The notes beneath the pieces were generated by a model. The model saw only the letters and a program-made list of their open reading frames with translations. It was not told the origin of the DNA and made no database searches. Shown piece after piece: positions 10,901 to 18,909 of a DNA stretch of 64,000 nt. The first letter of the stretch is position 1, and every line of letters starts with the position of its first letter. The translations under genes were made by a program, and so were the position numbers. The stretch lies in the sequence record CP080654.1; one strand, given 5' to 3'. Origin of the DNA: a plasmid.

Positions 10901-11254
10901 GGTGGTGTGGCGGGCGACAAGCCGAAATTCGTCAAAGAGATTATTGAGCGACTCAACAGCCTGTTTGGTGAGGCAACGCCGATCCAGGATCAGGTGGCCT
11001 TCGTGAATCAGATCTTTTCAATCGCCGGCGAAAGCGATGTGGTGATGGCTCAGGTGGAAAGTAACACCCGCGAACAGGCCATGAAAGGCAATTTGCCCGG
11101 CGCTGTTCAGCAAGCGGTGGTTCGTGCTTTGTCCAGTCATCAGAAGCTGGCAACCCAAGTGCTCAAGTCTGACCGTCAGGGCATGACCGCATTGGTTGAT
11201 ATGGTGTATGACCTGCTGCGCGAAGGCAAAGACATCGATCTGGGTATGGATTAA
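7997..11254 (+). CDS. hsdR: Type I restriction enzyme R subunit HsdR; 3' end abuts/overlaps an ISL3-family IS
   Basis: 1085 aa; DEAH helicase motif VIIDEAHNSQTG; Walker A GSGKTST; follows hsdS by 1 nt. Confidence 0.85.
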   Translation: MQSAAHQEKHFQQYIIDRLVEQGWKLGDSKFYDTERAVYPEDLESWIKTSGQQEKWDKLERLNGAKTLEVLMDRLDKALEKQGTMQVLRQGFSIAGCGLIEMTEAAPEDKRNAAVIERYQANILRVVPELKYHPAREFAIDLVLFINGLPVATVELKTDFTQSCEAAMDQYRNDRLPYDAKTKRREPLLTFKRGAVVHFAMSDSEIMMATKLDGENTFFLPFNKGRKDESGTVHAGNPPGEIKADGTQEYPVAYFWEAVCQPDAWLRIFHSFVYVEKKDVVDIQGNWSKKETLIFPRFHQWTAVNQMLTDARENGAGMTYLCDHSAGSGKTSTISWTAHDLVKLREDNGDSVFNSVIIVTDRNVLDGQLQDAVKQIDHQFGVIAAIDRQKSSKSKSKQLSEALLSGTPIVVVTIQTFPYAMEAIITDKALKGKNFAVIIDEAHNSQTGSTAAKLQAALGMSGQGKMSTMTVDELLEQLQKSRARPDNISYFAFTGTPKHSTLMLFGRPTDPSQPASNDNPPQAFHLYTMRQAIEEKFILDVLKGYVPYKTAFNLSKQLEDSKRVSGKAAKRALAQWMSLHPTNVTQKVQFIVEHFTKNVAHRLDGKAKAMVVTSSRAAAIRYKKAFDRYIEQHSEYGFIHSLVAFSGKMTGKQVMHQDDSEFKDDVFIVDENEEFTEQSMNPDVQGQDLRFAFDRPEYRVMLVADKFQTGFDQPKLVAMYVDKKIANHVEIVQTFSRLNRTAPGKDEVFIIDFVNDPENVRQAFTTYDKGAHIDEVQDLNVVYEIKERLDEHGLYDEKDLAAFKEARFKTIRDITHTKSPQHKALYAATAGATALYNDKMKMLRDGMATWEAAFEKARAKGDEAGMKSADHHQDEYAEQIKALIGFKSDLGRFCRTYSYIAQLIDFGDPELENFAAFAKLLQKRLQHEAPETVDLTGLVLTGFDINARSDNAEDEGETPVLQPVGAGGGGVAGDKPKFVKEIIERLNSLFGEATPIQDQVAFVNQIFSIAGESDVVMAQVESNTREQAMKGNLPGAVQQAVVRALSSHQKLATQVLKSDRQGMTALVDMVYDLLREGKDIDLGMD

Positions 11255-12560
11255 GCCGATGCTTGACCTGCTGAATCTGCCAGGCATCAAGCCGGTCGAT
11301 ATGCGCCACGAAGGCAAGTGCCTTGTGATAGTTGCTGAGCCGGTAACGGTCGAGGTGCCGTTATGTGGGGAGTGCAACATCCCTATGCACAGACACGGTA
11401 CGCGCAAAAACAAGTTCATGGACACGCCGTTGTACATGGAGCCCGTCCGCCTTGAAGTTCAGCGCCCGCGCTTTCGCTGTGAGTCGTGCGGAAAAATGTC
11501 CATGCCGGAGTTGAGTTTTCTGGATGACAAACGCCGAGCCACCAAACGGCTGGTCGATGTTATTCGGCAACAGTGCCTGGGAACCACCTTCCATGCTTTA
11601 GCCGAGCAAACCGGTGTGGCGGTGAACACCGTCAAGAACATCGCTCGCGATCTCATTGAGGAACTCTCCCAAACCGTTCGTTACGAAACCCCGGTCATCA
11701 TGGGTATTGACGAAGTGAACCTAGCCGGAGGGTATCGCTGTGTAATCACCAATCTGGCAACCAACAACGTCTTTGATATGTTGGAGCATCGTACTCAAGA
11801 GCATTTGAAGCCCTTCTTCAAGGATTTGCCGGATGCTGACAAGGTGGAATGGGTCTGTACGGATATGTGGCGACCCTTCAAACGTTCCTTTGCTCAGTAT
11901 CTGCCCAACGCCAAACTGGTGATCGACAAGTTCCATGTCGTCAAGATGGCCTCTGAAGCCTTGGAAGCGGAGCGCAAGAACTATCAGGCACAGTTAAGCA
12001 AAGAAGATCGCATTTACGTCAAAAAGTCCATTCGCTGGCTCACCCTGAAGCGACCCGGCAACCTAACGCCCGCAGAGCAAAAGGCGCTGGAGGTTGTAAA
12101 GCAGGCAATCCCAGCACTTGCCATGGCCTATGACTTCAAGGAAGCCTTCTTCTGCATCTACGACGAACCCGACAAGCAGAGCGCTCAGAACGCCTTTGAG
12201 GCTTGGGAGAACAGCCTGCCGCCTTATGGCATGGAGCCTTTCAAAAAACTGGTAAAAACGGTACACAACCATTACGACGACATCTTTGCCTACTGGGATG
12301 CGCCGTTCTCAATCACCAATGGCTATACCGAAGGGCTCAACGGCTTGATCAAGATGTCCAACCGGTTAGGTCGGGGTTATAGCTATGAGATCATCCGTGC
12401 AAAGACGTTGTACTCCAAAGAAGCCCGCAAGGTTGGCAGTGGTATTCGAGCAGGACGAGGCAAGGTCGAGTATGGACCGCACATTCCGACATTGTTGAAG
12501 CAGGCAGAAGGTGGAGAGTTGGATTAACGCGAGAGAGGGCGCGTCTGAGAATCCAACCAA
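11185..12560 (+). mobile_element. ISL3-family insertion sequence (boundaries approximate)
   Basis: Single transposase ORF; imperfect terminal inverted repeat candidates CATTGGTTGATA (11190) / TATCCAACCAATG (rc, ~12553); left end inside the hsdR 3' end. Confidence 0.5.
11259..12527 (+). CDS. tnp: ISL3-family transposase (N-terminal zinc-finger CxxC...CxxC)
   Basis: 422 aa; CGECNIPMHRHG...CESCGK zinc ribbon typical of ISL3 transposases; start MLDLLNLPG. Confidence 0.8.
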   Translation: MLDLLNLPGIKPVDMRHEGKCLVIVAEPVTVEVPLCGECNIPMHRHGTRKNKFMDTPLYMEPVRLEVQRPRFRCESCGKMSMPELSFLDDKRRATKRLVDVIRQQCLGTTFHALAEQTGVAVNTVKNIARDLIEELSQTVRYETPVIMGIDEVNLAGGYRCVITNLATNNVFDMLEHRTQEHLKPFFKDLPDADKVEWVCTDMWRPFKRSFAQYLPNAKLVIDKFHVVKMASEALEAERKNYQAQLSKEDRIYVKKSIRWLTLKRPGNLTPAEQKALEVVKQAIPALAMAYDFKEAFFCIYDEPDKQSAQNAFEAWENSLPPYGMEPFKKLVKTVHNHYDDIFAYWDAPFSITNGYTEGLNGLIKMSNRLGRGYSYEIIRAKTLYSKEARKVGSGIRAGRGKVEYGPHIPTLLKQAEGGELD

Positions 12561-12646
12561 TGTTAGATTTTCGCAGGGTGGTGAAAAGCAGAAAAATCCA
12601 ACCAGAAGCAGCTTTTTGTCCGACTAAGAATTAAGGGTTAGAATGG

Positions 12647-13120
12647 ATGAATTCCAACCCTAGAATGCAAATAGCCGAAATTAGTTTGATTTATGGATTT
12701 CTTGATACTTTTGGCGAGTTTGCATCAACCTTTACAGTATGTCAGAAAGGTTGCAGCGCCTGTTGCAAAATAGGTGTCGAAATGACGGCATTAGAAGCAA
12801 GTTTTATAGAAAAAAACACATCCCACAGAATTGTATCTAACAAGCAAAGAAAATTAAAAACCAATACAGATTGCCCATTTTTAATTGATGGAATCTGCTC
12901 CATATATGAATATCGACCTTTCAATTGTAGAACCTTTTTCACAGTAGATAACCCTAAGTACTGCGAAACACCAAACGAACCTCATAGGACATATGGGAGT
13001 TTAGGTGGTCAAGACATAAATATAATTTATCAGTTTCGAAAATATATTGACCATCTAAATGGGAAGAGGAAGAAGAGTGATATCAGATTCTTCTTTGGGA
13101 ATCATAAAGGAATAAAATAG
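12647..13120 (+). CDS. YkgJ-family (UPF0153) cysteine-cluster protein, AT-rich gene
   Basis: CxxCxxCC motif CQKGCSACCK plus downstream CPF...C and CRTFF; ~35% GC unlike flanks. Confidence 0.5.
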   Translation: MNSNPRMQIAEISLIYGFLDTFGEFASTFTVCQKGCSACCKIGVEMTALEASFIEKNTSHRIVSNKQRKLKTNTDCPFLIDGICSIYEYRPFNCRTFFTVDNPKYCETPNEPHRTYGSLGGQDINIIYQFRKYIDHLNGKRKKSDIRFFFGNHKGIK

Positions 13121-13140
13121 CCAGGCATGGAAATATTTCA

Positions 13141-13180
13141 GTCCAGTTCTGCTGGCTGCGCGGGATCTGGCCTGGTAATA
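13141..13180 (+). repeat. Copy A (3' half only) of the ~85-bp direct repeat family
   Basis: gtccagttctgctggctgcgcgggatctggcctggta; follows ykgJ-like gene stop. Confidence 0.7.
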
Positions 13181-13211
13181 TGGACCTGATTTTTTAGAAG
13201 AGAGGTTGTTT

Positions 13212-13442
13212 ATGCCAGGGGAAATATATTCGTACCAGGTTATTACCGATACAACTGAACGCCTGCTCAATCAGTATGTAGCTGATGCACAAGCTAGCCC
13301 TGAGAGATCTGAAGCGTTGGTGGCAGCTTTTAATGGTGCATTTTGGTTGTGGTATCAACTCACCAGAGATTCAGATAATCCTGACAGAGATGCTGACGGA
13401 ACACGTTTCATGGATCTCATACCTGAATTTCCAGAGCAATAG
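13212..13442 (+). CDS. Hypothetical small protein (76 aa), cassette-like ORF 2
   Basis: GAGAGG SD; stop followed by hairpin aggccgggtctgcggcct + T5 and then repeat copy B. Confidence 0.4.
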   Translation: MPGEIYSYQVITDTTERLLNQYVADAQASPERSEALVAAFNGAFWLWYQLTRDSDNPDRDADGTRFMDLIPEFPEQ

Positions 13443-13461
13443 GCCGGGTCTGCGGCCTGTT

Positions 13462-13548
13462 TTTACGCCCCTCATTTAATTCCCCGCGCGGTTAGACATT
13501 CAGGTGATTGCGTCCAGTTCTGCTGGTAGCGCGGGATCTGGCTTGGTA
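13462..13548 (+). repeat. Copy B of the ~85-bp direct repeat (full length)
   Basis: cctcatttaattccccgcgcggttagacattcaggtgattgcgtccagttctgctggtagcgcgggatctggcttggta. Confidence 0.75.
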
Positions 13549-13595
13549 TACTAATCACACAATATCTATTCCCCATTCATAATCAGGTGAATCAT

Positions 13596-13682
13596 GTTCA
13601 ATAATGATTTTCTGTTTTATGCACCTATCTGTATAGGTGTAGGCATAGTTGCCTATTTTCTATTTATTAAAAAGAACTAATG
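13596..13682 (+). CDS. 28-aa hydrophobic peptide (MFNNDFLFYAPICIGVGIVAYFLFIKKN), cassette-like ORF 3
   Basis: Strong AGGTGA SD 5 nt upstream; single TM segment; followed by repeat copy C; below the 60-aa ORF-track cut-off. Confidence 0.35.
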
Positions 13683-13701
13683 TCGCGCCAGTGGCCTTTC
13701 T

Positions 13702-13790
13702 ACTACTCCTCATTTAATTCCCAGCGCAGTTAGACATTCAGGTCATTCCGTCCAGTTCTGCTGGCTGTGCGGGATCTGGCCTGGTAAAAT
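13702..13790 (+). repeat. Copy C of the ~85-bp direct repeat (full length)
   Basis: ~90% identical to copy B over 85 bp. Confidence 0.75.
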
Positions 13791-13819
13791 TAATGAATTG
13801 GTAGGAAAAGGAATATCCT

Positions 13820-14068
13820 ATGACGACAGTTTTCAGGTTGATGGTTGCTTATCAGAAAGAAGACTGTTCTCGGAAGGAGCGTTATCTTTCTGCTTCTTCT
13901 CTTCCGTGGCCGGAACGTTATCAACGAAAGCCATTAATGCGACGATCACCCCGTGACCGGACGTTATTCAAGATAGCTGACAGGGATCTCCGCTATAAAA
14001 AGCGTGGCAGATATGCAAGACCAGAAACGAGTATGGTCATGCCGTTCAGTCTTTGTAGCAAGGCATAA
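13820..14068 (+). CDS. Hypothetical basic protein (82 aa), cassette-like ORF 4
   Basis: AAGGAA SD; stop followed by hairpin tgccagcggca + T6 then repeat copy D. Confidence 0.4.
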   Translation: MTTVFRLMVAYQKEDCSRKERYLSASSLPWPERYQRKPLMRRSPRDRTLFKIADRDLRYKKRGRYARPETSMVMPFSLCSKA

Positions 14069-14096
14069 ACTCATCAGTCAGACCGTGCCAGCGGCA

Positions 14097-14150
14097 TTTT
14101 TTATGCCCCTCGTTTAATTCCCGCGCCCACCTGGACGATCAGGTGATTCT
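14097..14150 (+). repeat. Copy D (5' part) of the direct repeat; contains perfect CTGGAC-N14-GTCCAG
   Basis: cccctcgtttaattcccgcgcccacctggacgatcaggtgattctgtccagt. Confidence 0.65.
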
Positions 14151-14231
14151 GTCCAGTAAAAGAAGACATCATCGGGTTCATCTGCAATAAACAACAGATA
14201 CACAAAAAATGCTTTTCTCCCTGGACATTTC

Positions 14232-14266
14232 GGCACTATCGGAATAAATGTCCAGAAAATATTTTG
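14232..14266. other. Perfect 10-bp inverted repeat CTGGACATTT-N15-AAATGTCCAG, candidate recombinase binding site
   Basis: Shares the CTGGAC/GTCCAG arms found inside each ~85-bp repeat; lies 70 bp from the recombinase gene 3' end. Confidence 0.4.
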
Positions 14267-14333
14267 CTTGGTCGTATTTATTATTCTTGCACAAATACCC
14301 CAGCCTGTGCCGGGAGGTGAGCACTGACAGATG

Positions 14334-15116
14334 TTACCTGCCATTTCCCTTCAGCAGCGCCACCGCCTCATCGCCTGGCATCTGGAACTGCACCCGGTGC
14401 CGTGCCGCGACATCGAGCGCAAACACTTTCGTGTAGACCTCCGTCGAGCTGATCGACTTGTGTCCCATCAGGCTCTGCAGCACCTTCAGCGGGATGCCGG
14501 CATACAGCATGTGCATCCCGTAGCTGTGACGGAACGTGTGCGGGGTAACCGGTACCGAAAACGTCACCCCGTCGGCGGCAGCCGCATCAACGGCTTCACT
14601 TATCCAGGTCCGGACCGTTCTGTCGGTAATTTCCCAGATGCGTGCCTTCTCGGTTCTGCCTGTGCGTTTATTACGGCGCTCCAGCGGAATTTTAAGCGTG
14701 GCCACCATCATCTCCAGCTGGCTGACATAGTTCGCATCGGAAAGCGGAACGATACGATGAGGCTGGCTACCGGCCGGAGCTCGGCCGGCCGTTCTGGTGG
14801 CTTTTTCGGTCCGCTGCTTGAGCGTGGCCAGCTGCACGAACGGGTAGGGCGCCGTCAGCGAAAAATCACTCCGGGTCAGCGCCAGCGCTTCGTTAATTCG
14901 GGCGCCGGTGTTCCACAGGGTGGCCAGCAGCATCTTGCGGTGCAGATCGGGCACGTAGTGGAGCAGGGCGCTCACTTCCGGCGCCAGCAGGTATTTAGGC
15001 AGCTCGTCCTGAACGAGCGCCATCTGTCGCAGGGCCAGCGCGGCCGGGTAATCGATGGCCACCGGCAGCTGCGCGGCCGAAAATGAAACGCCCTGGCCTG
15101 GTATTGCCGGTATCAT
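14334..15116 (-). CDS. Tyrosine site-specific recombinase (phage-integrase/Xer/ResD-like, 260 aa)
   Basis: C-terminal catalytic region HTFRHSYGMHML...LMGHKSISSTEVY (R..HxxR..Y signature); ~60% GC next to an AT-rich island. Confidence 0.8.
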   Translation of the reverse strand: MIPAIPGQGVSFSAAQLPVAIDYPAALALRQMALVQDELPKYLLAPEVSALLHYVPDLHRKMLLATLWNTGARINEALALTRSDFSLTAPYPFVQLATLKQRTEKATRTAGRAPAGSQPHRIVPLSDANYVSQLEMMVATLKIPLERRNKRTGRTEKARIWEITDRTVRTWISEAVDAAAADGVTFSVPVTPHTFRHSYGMHMLYAGIPLKVLQSLMGHKSISSTEVYTKVFALDVAARHRVQFQMPGDEAVALLKGNGR

Positions 15117-15448
15117 TATTTATTGCCCCCGGTGGAGAGGTATTGCACTGTAAGTCGTGCCAGGGCCTTCTGCGCGTAATCCTCGCCCGGGAGCACACTG
15201 ATTTCTCCCCGGCGTTCCATCTCGGCGCCGATAGCGCTCAGGGTCGTAGTTACCGGCAGCAGGCGGCGCAACAACAGGGCGTGCCCGCATGCGGAACGGA
15301 TACGTTCGGCAAACGCATCCTCATCGCGGGAGTATGCGCCGGGCGCCGGTCGTTCCCGGCCGTCCTTTTCCGACTGCAGTTCCTGGCACAGCGTCAGCAG
15401 CTCAACGATCTCACTGGCTGCATAAACAGCCATCAGGTCATGGTTCAT
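15116..15448 (-). CDS. Hypothetical protein (110 aa), co-directional and overlapping the recombinase start
   Basis: ORF in the same transcriptional unit; no recognisable motif. Confidence 0.4.
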   Translation of the reverse strand: MNHDLMAVYAASEIVELLTLCQELQSEKDGRERPAPGAYSRDEDAFAERIRSACGHALLLRRLLPVTTTLSAIGAEMERRGEISVLPGEDYAQKALARLTVQYLSTGGNK

Positions 15449-15454
15449 TCCGGC

Positions 15455-15985
15455 TTATCCTGATTTGCCAAACAGCTGAGGCAGTTCATCAAACAACATC
15501 ACATGACGGGTGCGCTTGCCGCGAAAAATACGCCTCATCATCGGCGTGAAATCCGCAGGCTCCCAGCCATAGGGCCACGTATAGTAAATCCCTACCTGCA
15601 GCGTGCTGTCGCGTCGTTCTGGTCCGGCAACTATACGCCTGACCTCCCTGTTCAGCGCCTCACCGCGCAGACCGTACTGGCCCAGGTAGCGGCGCAGCCG
15701 CATTCTCGGCATCCGCGGATCGGATTTCACGTAAGCATTAATATCCATATGCTGGGTGGCGGTGAGGATATTCATGCCGTACTTGCGCATGGTGCTGAAA
15801 GCGGTGGCCATCACGTCCGCTTCTGTCCGTGGTTCATCATCGGTTCTGTTCATCTGGGTTGTTGCGTGGTCCGACCGTCTAAGCTGACGCGGTATCATCC
15901 TGCAGCGACCGGAAGACAAGCAGGGCGTCCGTCCTGGAGAGTAGCTCGGTACAGTCCCCGCGCTGCGGGTTAATCTCTTCATCAA
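15455..15985 (-). CDS. Hypothetical protein (possibly the C-terminal part of a frameshifted gene with 15879..16208)
   Basis: Two overlapping minus-strand ORFs in different frames. Confidence 0.3.
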   Translation of the reverse strand: MMKRLTRSAGTVPSYSPGRTPCLSSGRCRMIPRQLRRSDHATTQMNRTDDEPRTEADVMATAFSTMRKYGMNILTATQHMDINAYVKSDPRMPRMRLRRYLGQYGLRGEALNREVRRIVAGPERRDSTLQVGIYYTWPYGWEPADFTPMMRRIFRGKRTRHVMLFDELPQLFGKSG

Positions 15986-16208
15986 TGGCCTCGTTATACT
16001 GCATGCGCAGCCGCCATCCCGTCACGGGAGGCGCGTTCTGTATGGCCAGCACCATCCCTTCCGGCGACAGCAGTTCACGGAGGGTGTAGCAGGCGCCAAT
16101 CCGGGTCGAATCCCGCAGCCACATCACGGGGTACTCACTGACCAGCTGGTCATACACACATTCCGGCGTATGGAAATAATTCCCGTCCGCCCTGCATAAA
16201 TTACACAT
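15879..16208 (-). CDS. Hypothetical protein (109 aa; possible N-terminal part of a frameshifted gene)
   Basis: Overlaps 15455..15985 by 107 nt in another frame. Confidence 0.3.
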   Translation of the reverse strand: MCNLCRADGNYFHTPECVYDQLVSEYPVMWLRDSTRIGACYTLRELLSPEGMVLAIQNAPPVTGWRLRMQYNEAIDEEINPQRGDCTELLSRTDALLVFRSLQDDTASA

Positions 16209-16235
16209 TCGCGTTCCTTGTATTGAGAAACCCCG

Positions 16236-16544
16236 TCAGGCCAGGTCTGTCATAAAACGGCCAGGCTCAAAAGGCCAGCGCCTGTCGCCCTGCGAGTACA
16301 CCTCGATCCACGCCAGTGTCCCGTGCTCAAAATACAGGTGATAACCGTCATCGGCACTGAGGGTCAGCATCCCGTCAAAACAGGTATCGGTTCGCGTACC
16401 GTCACCCATCCAGCGAAGCAGGCGGCCTTCAGCGGAAATCTCGTAAAATTCACACTCGCAGTCCAGGTCGTCGGTCTGAAAGTCCGTCCCGGTGACTCCG
16501 TCAGGCATCCGGTACCGGAATCTGACCGTATCAAACATTCCCAT
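16236..16544 (-). CDS. Hypothetical protein (102 aa)
   Basis: Compact ORF in the same orientation as neighbours. Confidence 0.4.
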   Translation of the reverse strand: MGMFDTVRFRYRMPDGVTGTDFQTDDLDCECEFYEISAEGRLLRWMGDGTRTDTCFDGMLTLSADDGYHLYFEHGTLAWIEVYSQGDRRWPFEPGRFMTDLA

Positions 16545-16589
16545 AATTTTGCTTCCTTAAATTGCTTAAAAATCCCGCCCCGTCGGTTG

Positions 16590-16841
16590 TCAGTTTGCGC
16601 TAGTCGGGGCTGTCTCCCGGCGTTCACCGGTCAGCTCCCAGGCTCTGACGGCGCGCGCATAATCCGCCGTCGTCACACGCAGACTCATCGCCTGGCACTC
16701 CAGCTGCACTACATGACCGGTCCGGGAGGTTTCCACACACCGGTTCGTCAGGCTGCGGCCGTTGGCAATGTCATCAGCCAGATCCGGTGCGGACACATAG
16801 CTTTCGTAAAGAATCGTTCCGGCGATGGCCAGTCCTGCCAC
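16590..16841 (-). CDS. Hypothetical small membrane protein (83 aa)
   Basis: N-terminal hydrophobic segment; weak. Confidence 0.3.
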   Translation of the reverse strand: MAGLAIAGTILYESYVSAPDLADDIANGRSLTNRCVETSRTGHVVQLECQAMSLRVTTADYARAVRAWELTGERRETAPTSAN

Positions 16842-17327
16842 CAGAACGGTGTACAGAACGAGCGCAATAGGTTCGGTTGCATATGCCTTCCCTTTAATTA
16901 ATGCCCCGCCCGATAATACCGACAGGGTAATGCTTTACGCGGCACTGTTTAGGGAGTAATTACCCCATCAGCAATCATCATGATGGCAATTATCACTGCA
17001 CTGATAATAACCATCCTTATAGCCACGCCGTTAAATTACAGGACGGCCGTTCCGTCCGGATCCGACTTTTCGCGCTTTACGAAGTTTCCGGAAGTGTACC
17101 ACGGTGAGAGAATAACCACAGCGCCCTTTTAGGGTGGTGAGCGGCCGGTCACGGGGCAGGGGAGGGACACAACATCTAGCGTCACTGTCAGCTGGTAACA
17201 CCGCTACATCTTGTGTTTTTGGGCCGCTGCGCGCCGGAGGGCGGAAAGCAGATCCGGAACTACCTTTTTTCGGATCTGACCGGGAAAAGAGAGAATACAA
17301 CATAGGTTCAACATATCCATATGCCGG

Positions 17328-17410
17328 GCATCTGCATAGGTGTGGCATACGCATATACTTACCATCTGCATATGCTATGACTATACATATGCTTTGCATC
17401 TGCATATACT
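17328..17410. repeat. Five tandem ~17-bp repeats CATCTGCATAT(G/A)C, candidate iterons/operator
   Basis: Units at 17328, 17345, 17362, 17381, 17396 directly upstream of vapB. Confidence 0.5.
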
Positions 17411-17445
17411 GAACATAGTCATACAGGCCGGTCGGCCAGGAGGAA

Positions 17446-17679
17446 ATGATGAGAACTGTATCCATTTTTAAAAACGGCAATAACCGCGCCATTCGTCTGC
17501 CCCGCGATCTGGATTTTGAGGGAGTGAGCGAGCTGGAGATCGTCCGGGAAGGGGACAGCATTATTTTGCGTCCCGTCCGGCCGACCTGGGGCTCGTTCGC
17601 GCAGTTCGAGAAGGCAGACCCGGACTTTATGGCGGAGCGCGAGGACGTTGTCAGCGACGAAGGACGATTTAACCTGTGA
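17446..17679 (+). CDS. vapB: VapB antitoxin (AbrB/MazE-type; VagC-like)
   Basis: 77 aa SpoVT/AbrB-like N-terminus; stop overlaps vapC start (ATGA). Confidence 0.85.
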   Translation: MMRTVSIFKNGNNRAIRLPRDLDFEGVSELEIVREGDSIILRPVRPTWGSFAQFEKADPDFMAEREDVVSDEGRFNL

Positions 17680-18092
17680 ACAAGACCTATATGCTCGACA
17701 CCTGTATCTGCTCGTTCATCATGCGCGAGCAGCCGGAAGCCGTCCTGAAGCGCCTGGAGCAGGCGGTGCTGCGCGGCCAGCGCATCGTTGTCTCGGCCAT
17801 CACTTATTCTGAAATGCGCTTCGGGGCCACCGGCCCGAAGGCCTCCCCGCGCCACGTCGAGCTGGTCGACGCGTTCTGCGCCCGCCTCGATGCCATCCTG
17901 CCCTGGGATCGCGCTGCGGTGGACGCCACCACGGAGATTAAGGTGGCGCTGCGAATGGCCGGGACGCCGATCGGCCCGAACGACACGGCCATTGCCGGGC
18001 ACGCCATCGCCGCCGGTGCCGTGCTGGTGACGAATAATACGCGGGAATTTGAGCGGGTACCGGGTCTTGTGCTGGAAGACTGGGTAAGATAA
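17676..18092 (+). CDS. vapC: VapC PIN-domain toxin (VagD-like)
   Basis: 138 aa; PIN acidic residues (MLDTCIC..., NNTREFERV). Confidence 0.85.
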   Translation: MNKTYMLDTCICSFIMREQPEAVLKRLEQAVLRGQRIVVSAITYSEMRFGATGPKASPRHVELVDAFCARLDAILPWDRAAVDATTEIKVALRMAGTPIGPNDTAIAGHAIAAGAVLVTNNTREFERVPGLVLEDWVR

Positions 18093-18165
18093 CGCTGTAA
18101 AACAAAACAGGCGGTCTGGCGCAGCCGGACACTCTTTCAGTCAGCGGTATATAAAGGAATAAAAG

Positions 18166-18854
18166 ATGCCTCTGATCACGCGGCTTATGCTGCAAAACTT
18201 TAAAAAGTTTCCGGAACTGGACCTGCGCTTCACTCATGACCGTAACATTCTGGTCGGGGACAATGAGTCCGGGAAAAGCACGATTCTGCTGGCCCTTGAC
18301 CTTGTGCTGAGTGACAGCCGGCACCGGGTCGAGGCATTGGGTGTGGAATCGCTCCTGTCCCAGTCAGCAGTAAGGCAGTTTCAGGAAGGTGAGCGCCGCG
18401 CCGATCAGTTACCCGTGCTGACAGCTGACGTTTTCCTGAGTAATGGGGGAGATCCTGACCTGAACGGCAGGCAAAATCTGGCGGGTATCAATGCGGATGG
18501 TCTCAGAATGCGTATTGCACCAATGACGGAGGAATACGGCCAGGATATTCACAATGTACTACAGCAGGATCCCGATAATTTTCCCTATGAATACTATTCC
18601 GTGCGGTTCAGCACCTTCTCCGGTGGTCATTTCGCCAGCTTCAGACGCTATCTGCGCCATCTGCTCTTAGACAGTGCACGCATCGATAACGAGCACGCCG
18701 CACAGGAATATACGCGCACAGTTTACAGCGTCAATGTGCCGGTGGCCGATCGGTACCGGCTTGAAAACAGTTACCGGCAACAGAAAATGCACTTCTGCAC
18801 CCGGCATCTGTCAGCCATAAACGACACGCTGGAAACGTATCAGTTTGGCGTGCG
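18166..18854 (+). pseudogene. OLD-family/AAA ATP-dependent nuclease gene, N-terminal ~230 codons only, cut by IS1
   Basis: Walker A GDNESGKST and OLD-family N-terminal region; reading frame runs into the IS1 left IR (last 8 codons are IS1-encoded). Confidence 0.6.
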
Positions 18855-18909
18855 GGTGATGCTACCAACTTGCTGATTTAGTGTATAATGGTGTTTTTGA
18901 GGTGCTCCC

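Noticed and set aside
11247-12526. 8-bp TGGATTAA present at both the hsdR stop and the ISL3 tnp stop, considered as an ISL3 target-site duplication
   Set aside because: The second copy is inside the transposase coding sequence (its stop codon), so it cannot be the TSD outside the right IR; likely coincidence.
13462-13548. Repeats as canonical integron attC sites (GTTAGAC core present)
   Set aside because: Only the GTTRRRY-like heptamer is present. No inverse core RYYYAAC at the expected distance, and no IntI-type integrase (the recombinase lacks the IntI insertion). Kept as a non-canonical system in findings.
17031-18002. 323-aa minus-strand ORF spanning the vapBC region
   Set aside because: Antisense to two well-supported genes (vapB/vapC) in GC-rich DNA; no SD; an artefact of high GC.
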